Shown here one piece after another: positions 51,593-61,740 of a stretch of DNA of 64,000 nucleotides. The notes below the pieces were generated by a model. The model searched no databases and was not told the DNA's origin. It was given only the letters and a program-made list of their open reading frames with translations. The translations under genes and the position numbers were made by a program. The stretch's first letter is position 1. Each line of letters starts with the position of its first letter. The DNA is from Phoronis australis (lineage: Eukaryota; Animalia; Phoronida): positions 783,988-847,987 of the forward strand of contig NMRA01000082.1 of NCBI GenBank assembly GCA_002633005.1. The letters are read 5' to 3'.

Positions 51593-52409
51593 GTAAGTTT
51601 TGTTACCTAATTTTGTTATTACTTTGCGCAGTGTTAAGTATAAAACTTTTTAATTTGGGGATTTCAAGACTCCTTATTGGGTCATTAGCAACCCGGAATA
51701 TTCCAGAAATTTTTGAAGACTGCCTCCTGGGGTGCTGGTAATTCTTGTTTACGTCCGTTATGAGAGGTTTTCTAGAGGCCACATTCGAAGTCATTCTCTT
51801 GCTCGTGTATTTTGCTGCTTTGATTAAACTTCTGTCAGGTGTTGATACGAGAAGCACTGGAAGATAATGTCCTGCAACTATACCTGTACCAGAGTCCATG
51901 GGCGGCGCACCGTAGTGGCGGGGGTTAGCCCCCCATTTTTTCAGTGCTGCCCCGCCCGTGCAGATGTGGTCTTTATAAGCATGAGCAGTAGCTGTAGTCT
52001 CGTCTAGGTATCGCTTTAACCTTACGCTTTGATACTTGAAATGTTACTACAATTCTTTGCAAACAAGCAGATTCCCTTGCGATCAAGCATTGTTTGATAA
52101 GAGGTGATGGCAACCTCATAAAATTGAAAAAATGCAGAGCTGTTTCTGTTTGGGTGAATGCTGAAGACGATTATGGCCAACAAAATGGAAGAACATAATG
52201 AGGATGATTACGAAATGATTGCAGGACTGCTTTAATCTCTAATTGCAGAACAATGTCACAGGGCAAATTATTTTACCAAGTATGCCTTGCAAACAATATC
52301 ACAGGCAATCAACAGCAGTTGAATTTCGAGGCAATATTGCAAAGCTCACGTCCTTAATCTTTATGTTGGACCTACGTGTAGAAAATGGTCGAGTCGTCTT
52401 TTGTTCCAG

Positions 52410-52556
52410 CAACGGGTTGTACCCTGCCAGGAACCTTCGGCGAGAAATGCGAGCACAAATGCCACTGCAAGGAGCCCACGTGCGATGATGAAACCGGAAG
52501 CTGTAAGGATCATGGCGGTTGTGCCGAATACTTCTCAGGCGACAACTGCTCTACGT
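52410..52556 (+). CDS. Exon: EGF-like (CTLPGTFGEKCEHKCHC..FSGDNCST)
   Basis: gttccag acceptor, t|gtgcgt donor, 147 nt. Confidence 0.87.
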
Positions 52557-54115
52557 GTGCGTAAACTTTGGTGACTTTTAGTAACGGATGTCAGCCTCCT
52601 CTGAGGTGAAAGTTTTACCTGTAACATATTCACTGTTTGTGATTCCATTCAATTAAATCTTTTAAAATGGCCATGGCCAACGAAGATATATGGCACAGAA
52701 CCCATGGTTGTAATGTTGGTATTTAAAAAATATATCTTACTTACGCTCCTTTGGCATTAAATAAACAAAACTTATCTCCCTGTGACTGCTTCGTTATCAA
52801 ACACGTCGTACAAACGGGATGGTATAGGTGCAACACTTGATACGCGCAATAGTTTTGTCACTTTCGTTGTTGGAGAATTCAAAAGGAGAAGAGCATCGAT
52901 TCAGTTGACGGCGTTCAGGGAAACCTACACGTATTTCCCCAAAACCATTCGACACATTGTCTTCTGGTGACGTAGCAAATTTAACTCCGTTTTGAAAAGT
53001 AAAAGTAGAATATTGACTACGATTCATTTTGGATATTTTACAAATTGAAATTTAATATTTTTTTACATTAAGCTTATATAGGTGACCCGGCGATTACATG
53101 TAGTAGTTTAAAGTTGGTGTACGGAATGATAGGAGTGTGTTATTCATCTGTTCGGGATAATATAATGTCGACGCGACTACTGGCAACGATGCATGTATAC
53201 CAAATTCAGGAGAATGTAATAGAGAGTAAAGGACACGTGAAAAAGCGAAATTTTCTTCCTGCTAAGCCTTGTTCTCTATGTGGACAACCAAGTGCTGATA
53301 ATTGTGACTTAGGTATTAATGATATGTCCACCCGTCTACGCTGACAGCATTACACGCAATATACCTGTACCGAGACTAGTGTTGCCAGTGAGGTGTTGTT
53401 TTCTTATATTTCAATGGACACATTTGTAGTCACGTCTTTGTGGTGTCAGCCCCTGAATAAAATACGAGGCATGTGTTGCGCATGTGTTCTCGCGTGGTGG
53501 GGAGCTGCGTTCATTATTAGAAAATTCGACTCAAGGTAAAACCCAGCCATTGAGTATAATGTTATACTTTGTAAAATTGCATGTTTGTTTACGTTTAATT
53601 AATCGTTATTTATCGACGAGTAGTCAAATATAGGTTCAGACTTTAGTTGTAACATTGGAATGATTGACCCAGAGCCTTGCCAAAACAGCTTACGTCCCAT
53701 TGCATTCTACACCACACCATGCCTGCTTATGGAAACGCCAGAAAGGAAAGAGCGAATTGCAGTGGTGGGAATGACATAATGATAACCTTTCTGCAATGTA
53801 ACTGGTAACTTTAAAAATATAATGTTGATGGCCCAGGATTACTCTGACGTCCAATTACAAGGGAAAGTTTATTTCCTCTACACAGCTAGAGTTCAAAATG
53901 GTGTCCGAAACAAATGGACGCGTGTATCCTAGTGCATCAAGCCAGAGTATGACGTATTTGTGATTATACTATTTGGCTGTTAAAATGCAAATAAATCAAC
54001 CTGGAAACGTGAAGGAAACGGGTAGCATTGGCCGTATTCGGGACGACACCGTATGCGTAGCATTGCGTGTTAAACGAACATCTTCAGTAATGTGTGTAAA
54101 AATGTTTTGTTTCAG

Positions 54116-54163
54116 TTAAAGTTCCCGAGTCAGTCGAGTCGGACATTGGACTTAATGGTCAAA
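54116..54163 (+). CDS. Small juxtamembrane exon (KVPESVESDIGLNGQ)
   Basis: ttttgtttcag acceptor, a|gtaagt donor, 48 nt, phase 1-1. Confidence 0.65.
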
Positions 54164-54513
54164 GTAAGTAGATTAACTTCACATCATCTTGAGTGTTAAC
54201 GACTTTTTCAAATTGATCACGCAGTAGCCTATTTATTGTAAAAAGAAATCATTTTATAGTCGCAACTAAAACGCTTCTCGAAGGTGAAAATGTCATTTTC
54301 AAACCTGGATGAAGCAAATTTCAGGTGGAACGTGTGATTTACAAACAATAATAAAGAAGCCTGCGTCCTATATGATTTATGTGACTGCTGATAGCGACGA
54401 CAAATGACCACGCAACCTTTTGCGATATATGCCATGCACTACAAGCGAGGCACTTGGTCTCACTAGGTCTCTCGTGGTCTCGAGTCCACCCAAGAAACAT
54501 TTGATTGTTACAG

Positions 54514-54866
54514 GCCTAGGTCTCAAATCTGAGGATGCGAAAAAGGAAAACGTAATTACGATAACTGTAGGCGGCGTCTGCGCCCTAGTCGTTATTTGCT
54601 GCATCGCTCTTGCCGTCTTTGTCTTTGTGGCGAAAACTCACAAAAGTCGGTTGAATCTAGAATTGGAAGACGATGATGATGAAATCGAACCAGAAGTTAA
54701 GTACATCGATAAACTGAAGAGGCCGCTGCAGAGCTTACATTCTTCTATGACAGGTTCAGACGTGGAAAACACCAGCTTGAGTAGCGTCGAGGAAACGACC
54801 GATACACATAGAGAGACATCTACTGAGAGCGCTTCAAAAGAATCCGATAAAGAAGAAGAATCATAA
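54514..54866 (+). CDS. Terminal coding exon: TM helix (VITITVGGVCALVVICCIALAVFVFVA) and ~77-aa acidic Ser/Thr-rich tail
   Basis: ttacag acceptor; hydrophobic stretch followed by basic KTHKSR; stop TAA. Confidence 0.9.
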
Positions 54867-55080
54867 CTTAATCTTATCTTCCGCCTCTTCCTTTATTTAG
54901 TATTCACCCATTCATCCTGTTATGTTGTCACCGTGGAAAATCTGTTCATTAAAAATCATCTGGCCGTGACAATCTTTCTCCAAAGCTCAGTGAGCGTATC
55001 AAGTGATAATCGCAATTTGTTTATTCATTTATTCATTTATTCATTTGCTCATGTATTCATTTTGACATTGCTAAATGGAT

Positions 55081-55086
55081 AATAAA
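55081..55086 (+). terminator. Candidate polyadenylation signal
   Basis: AATAAA ~215 nt after the stop codon, followed by T/GT-rich sequence. Confidence 0.5.
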
Positions 55087-56599
55087 TCGGTATGTTCTGT
55101 CGTAAACGAAATTTTGATTTTGGCATGCACTTTCTGATTGTGTCTCGTCTTGTATTTCATACTGATTTTTGAAATGATTCTTAGACTTGACAAAAACTAT
55201 AAAGTCCGTATTGCTTCATTCCTAATTGTAAAGTTGTTTGTCACGGCTGCTTTGTCTCAGTCGAACAGAAAGCTTGTCCGTCAGGGGGATCTCCAGGCGC
55301 TTTATAGTGAATAATTCTGATTGACGAATGGACAAGAGCTCGATGACATTGCATCAGGAAGGCAAAGACCAGGACTGTTTTCCCGATTAAACTAAAAAGG
55401 CTTCCACACAATTTTATCAGCCCGTGTAGAAATTGACCTATCGGAACGCAGAATTCTGGACACACCTTCGTTTCCAAGGGGTCCAGTTTACCCGACAAAC
55501 AACAAGTTGTCAGTTAAAACTTGTTTGTTTGTCGACTTTAGGCAAGTGGGAGAAGCTTGCAATAGGTCAATTTGGACAAATTTATTGCTATACTGTACTT
55601 AATATACAGTTCAATCAAACATTGTTGGTAATAAAATGGATACTTCGTCTAACTCTAGTCAGAGTTGACAAGTTGTCACGATTTCAGCAAAATTGCGTAG
55701 AAAGGCAGCTGACGAGAATTTATCGAGGACTTTGAAACGGGTTCTAGTCGAAAAGCGGTTTTGCGCCTTTACATGTATGGTATTTTGACGCTCTCAAATG
55801 TATCACGAAAACTTGTGGGGCTGCGTGTGAAGAAAGGTTTTTATAAGTTTTCGGTTTATTTTACTGAAAACTAAACAATTCAGGTACTAGAAACATGACA
55901 CAGCAAATGTCATCCACACACTCATTTAGTGTTCCACTAATCAATTAATAAACAGTTCAAAGACATATCAGGCTTATGCCGGAGATGTGTCCGTGCCTGT
56001 AGACTGTCTAGATACTGCCTGAGATCTGCACATGACTGACAACTTGAAGACAGACACTCGCAATAAGAAGGGAAACGTTACTTACCAGTACGATATGACC
56101 TACAGTGTACATGTACGCTACTACTGTACCTAGCTAAAATCTAGCCCAAGTCTCGTGTTCTCACTTAAATACGCGGCAGTATCTCACTTAATCTCGCGAA
56201 GTCTTGCTTTTTAGCGAGATCCTAGCGTTACTGTACGGTAGACAAGTTTTCGTTTTGACAGATACAACACAATTAGGCTAGAATAGCCGCATCCTTCTAA
56301 CTGCCCAATATCTGTCCTATTACAATGGCCCGAAACCTGATGCCACTCTTATAAACTGCCTTTTCGTATTTTTGACAGTTTGCATTATACAAATAGTAAA
56401 ACTTCTTGTCCTTTGCAAGTTGTCCTAAAAATGCAGTGGCGCAAAAACAGCATCGATGTGGTTGTGCGTACGCTTGCTTTGACTTGTCTTGAGCGACCCC
56501 GGTAGTCTTCGTGTCATCTGCCAGTTATACATAATGTGATTAGAGGGTTAAATTGACCGTCAAATTGAACGAATTTTGTTTTGTCTTTGATTACGTGCA

Positions 56600-57406
56600 A
56601 AGTTACGCCACAGTCTACAGGCCATCGTAGTGATTTGAGATTCTCCACCCCATATGCAATTCCTCCGTCGTTCAGTCAGGCATTCAGGTCTACAGTCATG
56701 ATGTGCATCAACAACTGGAATTCTCTTCCAGTCTCTGTTAAGGAAAGCAACTCTTTTACGAGTATAAAAAATAATTTTAGAACTGTTTTTCATAATTTTG
56801 ACAACTCAACACCCTTGACTCAATTCTCCCTTACCCGCGATAACGAAATAGCATTGTACAGATCAAGATGTGGCCTTTTCCTCAACTCTGACAAGTTCAG
56901 GCACAACTTTAGTAATGTATCTCCAAACTGTAAATGTGGTGACCATCAATCTTATCCTCATATTTTCTTCAAATGTCCCCTCATCGAATCCCTGAGAGAC
57001 TCACTCTTTCGTGCACTCAATGATAACCAATCAGTTGTTAACGCTCTCAATTCTTGTAATAATATCCCTACTAGAGTTACATTATTACTGAATGGTAGTC
57101 CTAACCTTGACTTTGTTCTTAACGAATTCCTCCTAAGCAACGTTAGCAAATTTTTATATACCGTTTATCAATATTGTTGCATCTGATTTCCCTACATGAA
57201 TCTGTAAATATTTTTGTTTTTATATATCTGTAATAGCATGTCTAAGTATTGGAATACTTATTTTAGATACTACTTAATTGTATATATCTCTATGTATATA
57301 AGTTTCATTTATGAATTGTTTACAACCCAGATATAATGCTTCGCGGTTTCTGGGTTTGTTATTATTTCTTTGTATGTTCTGTGTATCCTTCAATAAATAT
57401 ATATCA
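56600..57406 (+). mobile_element. 5'-truncated LINE 3' end (CR1/L2-group-like)
   Basis: WNSLP..F..LYRSRCG..LNSD..SPNCKCG..HIFFKCP (post-RT CCHC motif), followed by AT-rich 3' UTR ending aataaatatatatc; the same tail recurs at 27948-28000. Confidence 0.8.
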
Positions 57407-57968
57407 CAGTGAAAAAAAAGTCTACAGGTAAAGTTGCTGGTATTTGTTTCTCATGATTTTGTCTTCAAAGTACGCCATTTGGTTCATTAGCACAAAGGTC
57501 ATCTTTTATTTCTCCGTTCTCTGATTGAACCCACCAGAGGTTTGAAATCGACACCCAAAAAGTTGTCTCATGTGTCGACACCTCTAGCGAATTGCAGGCA
57601 TCACCCGCAAGCTTTCCAGATTCGATGTGCATCACTGTCATTTCGGATTCGACCTGGTCGCGCAATTTTCCGTGCCTTCGGTTTTTTTTTTAATTACACA
57701 AATGTACTTTGAATGAGGCAAACCCCGGTGCAGTGACAATGAAAAAGATTGATGTTCATCCGATTGTCCCTTCAAACTCGTTGTATTTAGAAAACTTTCA
57801 CAAAAAATTGCACTCGTATCACATAGTCCGTAACGGTCTCGTGTGTACCCTTTTCCAACAAAAACAGCTGAGAATAAGAAAGAAAGTTATTTTGGGTGTC
57901 CCACAACAACAGTAATAATCCCTCGGGATTTTTGGTTCTTTCCTGCCCTCGTCTTTGGCGTCGCGTGT

Positions 57969-58457
57969 CATCAAATAAATGGCCCGTTTGTCAAAACATT
58001 GCACCAGTTCAGCCCAGTGTCTTTCTCGTTCTCTTCTTCTTCATGTGCAATGCTCCGTGTCGCAATTGTAATTTTCAGTGTTTCCAAAAAAATTCATAAA
58101 ACTTCGTTTCCCCCAGCTCATACACTCTTTCGTCGCCATCGAGAAATATTTCCTCCCTACGCCCATACCTTGTTGACGCAGACAGGTTAAGATGACGGTG
58201 CTAGTGAATATAATTGAAAGAAAAATAGACACGTCCGCCATTAGCATGGCATTTACCGGAAGGAGCGCTCCAACAGATGGCAAGTTCATTGTTGAGCTGC
58301 AGTTGCCACCGCTAATCAGTGCAACTATATTTAGTACCACCATTCTTATACGCCCACACATGGTTTTCCATGAAGACCGCGTAGCTTCAAACATAACAAC
58401 GGGAATAATATATGTACTATAAAAAGTGAAACAGTGACGTATGACGTAGGAGATACT
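57969..58457 (-). pseudogene. Decayed fragment of a divergent Cys-loop ligand-gated ion channel (nAChR-like) subunit, TM1-TM3 to pre-TM4
   Basis: ISYVIRHCFTFYSTYIIPVVM..GRI..LPSVGALLP..TVIL..[TGA]..HWAELVQCFDKR follows the nAChR IRRxxFY-IIP / GEKI / LPxxxxxxP / EWxxVAxVLDR layout. Confidence 0.5.
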
Positions 58458-60235
58458 TGGTGGTGAAAAACGATTGTTTCATGTTACACTACTAGCTGAA
58501 CCAGAAGTTCACTTAGATTTTGTAAGGAAATACTTGTTTTACTTTACTGTAAACTTTTTGTAATGGCCTACTACAGGAGTTTTGGGGAAACTGTTTTGTT
58601 TACTGTCTAGGTTGTTGTTTACATAGTGGTCGTAACTGCGAACAATTTTTCGAAAATTCTCCAGAAGAATCAGTAATTTTGGTTGTGGGCAAATAGTTCA
58701 ATGTCGGGATATCAAATACCCGGAAAACTGTCTTTGGTAACCCCATCTTTACTGACGGTGATGAAATCTGTCGATTCCTTTGCAAAGCCAGGTCCCGGTT
58801 GCATAAATATAGATTACTACATAGTAGAGTGAGTGACCCCAGCAATCTAGAGCCCCAGTGGGTTTTGGAGAGTTATAATTCTGCAAAGGTCACGAGGGCT
58901 CACCATGAAGAAAATAACTACTGAGAACATGTATTTACATCTATTCACAGCAGCACATATTGTGCTTTAAACAGTGGAATGAATCGATTTACCTCTTCGG
59001 GTGGCATCGGCTTTCTTCAACAACAGTCTGTACACGTACTTTCCACATGTATGTCAGAGGTCAGAGGTCGGATATCCGTGACCTTTTAAGAAACACATAG
59101 TTATTCTTGTTAGGATAATGTTTTAACTCGAACCCTATTGAAAAAGTAAACAAAATAGGAATGAAGTGGATTGGTAGAATAAGTTTTAATCAGTTGGTTT
59201 ATAGCTTACTGCGTATAGCTCACTACGTGTTAATCTTCCACCGTGAAAATATCGTATGCTGCAATAGGTTACCCCTGGTTACTGAGTATAATGTCCAAGT
59301 CAAAGGATCCTTACCACATGTTACCCGCATTTAACCTGGAGATCGGTGGCTTATGAGTGAGAGGAAATGGCAGATAAATTTGACTGAATTAAAAATGGGC
59401 AATTATTCTCTAAAATCCACTCGGGCTCTAGATTACGGGTCGGAGATAACGACCATGTCAGGTAATAATCTACACGCATGCAGTCAGGTCCCAAAACTAA
59501 CATCCGATACAAAATTGTTAATTTTATAACTTCTCTTCCCGTTTCATTTACTAAACATGATATCGTCTGCATTTCGAACACCAAGTCCTCGGTAAATACA
59601 ATGTTCAATACTTTTGTTATTTAATTATTTTCAAAAAAGGTTCCAAGTTTTTGCAATCACCATGTTTTCATGTTTGTTACCTATTTGCAAGTAATAAATC
59701 TTTACATTCATTACTGATTTTTTACAAGAGTAATTTTTTAACATAACGTGCAATAACATACACAATAGGTTGTTATCGGACATGTGAACAATTTTGGTGA
59801 AGCACATGACTATTTTTTAAAAGATGCAGAAAAATATAAGAAACTAGGAGTTCAAAGGGTTTCGGATAAATACAAAACGTAGCTGAAGTTACGTAGACGA
59901 TGTGATACAATACTCGATTTTATTCCGCGTATCGTTCATGAACTTGAGTTACGTGACGCTGGCGCGTTCCTCATACGCGTGAAATGAATAACACTTCTTT
60001 GGAAAATGTTCGCCAGCGTTCCTTTTGATTTATTTGCAGGTACACGTGTTACATAAACTTTATATGATAACACTGAGCAGTTTTTCCCTGTGGGCAGTGG
60101 CGTGAAATACAAATTTCATTAGATTAATCTGAACAATAGGCTCTGGCATTTTCATTAGCTTTACAAATTAATATTTAGTTGGTTCACGCCAGCACCCGGA
60201 TGTACAAATATATAAATGCAGATCTCAGCAAACAG

Positions 60236-60481
60236 GGGCCCGTTCCAAAAACTGACTTAAGTTCAGTTTTGACATAAGTCTAATATTTCTCTGAACTTCC
60301 AATCTTGAAACTTCCATATCCGGTAAGTTCGTCAAAATTAAGACAAAACTTACATCAAACACTTAAATCAAACGTAAGATCTCTTTCTTGAAATGATTTT
60401 GAGACAAATTTAACTTTTATTTAAAAATTTTGTATAGTTTAAGAATTGTCTTAGCTAAGTAAGTTTTGTTGGAACATGCCC
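60236..60481. mobile_element. PIF/Harbinger-like MITE, copy 2
   Basis: Colinear with 30979-31227; CAG on both flanks. Confidence 0.8.
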
Positions 60482-60559
60482 CAGTACTTTTACAAACACA
60501 TGTGGAATGGTATTCATCTTCAATTAGGGAAACACAAGAGCATGTCCACCTCTCCCTAT

Positions 60560-61740
60560 CATCAAGTTTCGGTTGGAGCAACGTAATTTAGCCATAGCTG
60601 CTCAAAAGATATATGCAATATCACGCAACAAATAGGATTCCATTTCACAATCAATTTTAAATGAGGAATATGTACATGTATTAAGTTTGGACCTATTCTC
60701 CACAGAGTGCTCAAGTTTTGTAAAAAACAATCTGCTCAAATGCGACAAGTAAAGAAGCTTCGCTGCCAAATCCCTGATTGTGCCATACCAATCCAAAAAT
60801 CATATCTTTGTAGCAAATTCCTAACATATGAAGGGGACAATTTTTCCTACCATCCTCATCCAGTGTGACAAGCTTGTCATAGACTCATTTTGGATTTCGA
60901 TGTGCTGGTATTTTTAACAATTTAAACCAATACTTGATCAGTTTAACAAACAGCTTTACATAAATTAGATACCTCCCCAGTTCTCCCAGGACAGCATGAT
61001 TTGAACGCTTTTTTCAACTCCCAGCATTTGCTCACACGATTTCATTACTACGCTCGATACTAGAATATTCTTTGAATCCCCAAATCTCACTGCCATGGCT
61101 AATGATTGGGCACACCATTTTTTCAAAAATCTTGAGTGCAATTTTCAGTGAAAGTCGTCCACATTTTGACTGAAAGCGTTTAATTGAAAAACGTTGTTTT
61201 CTTTGCCCGGTGAGACAAACTTTCCGTAGCTTGCGTCCAGACTAACTTAGGAGTAAGACAAATACCCAGATACTTATAGGATGATACGATATCAATTTTG
61301 TCGTTTCCAAAATACCATTTATCGTACTTTCTCGATGGTCCGCCTTTTCTAAATACCACTATTTTTGTTTTTCCAAGGTTAACTTTCATACCACAATCTT
61401 GACAGTATTCGTGCAGAGCGTTAATTTGTTGCTGTAGTTTAAATGCTGTCTCTGCACAACCAACCATATCATCAGCGTATACAGTACATATAGCAACATG
61501 CCAATTGTAGGTGAATGCTCATTTAGGTACATTCTGCTATTTAAAGATTATTTAAAATGTAAGTAAACAACAAACTCGTCCAAATGCCTACTAAATGAGA
61601 AAGAACTAACCATCCACCCTTGGTGAGTACTGTACAAATATTATTACTGAAAAAGTCAGTTAACCCACGCTCAGTTCTTACACACGCTTTTAGCTTTTAA
61701 TACATAGTTTTCAATAATTTTAAAACATTACACGCATGCA
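60560..61740 (-). mobile_element. Degraded non-LTR retrotransposon RT
   Basis: YADDMV..LQQQIN.L..YC..MKVNLGKTKIVVFRKGG..YKYLG motifs with downstream frameshifts. Confidence 0.85.

Larger units (their letters stand above)
1312..54866 (+). other. Multi-exon gene: large type-I membrane receptor with FN3, about 30 EGF/laminin-EGF-like repeats (MEGF10/11/SREC-like spacing) and 10 SEA-like domains; 5' end not seen
   Basis: 38 exons with AG acceptors and GT donors (one GC). All junction codons checked are open and phase-compatible. Ends in a hydrophobic TM segment and TAA at 54864-54866. Exon at 19299 is cut by an N. Confidence 0.85.

Noticed and set aside
54690-54720. VKYIDKL as an ITIM
   Set aside because: Spacing is YxxxL, not the V/I/L-x-Y-x-x-L/V consensus.
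1312-54866. Assigning the symbol MEGF10/MEGF11/MEGF6
   Set aside because: EGF spacing is similar, but the FN3 and SEA-like domains and the tail differ; orthology is unsupported.
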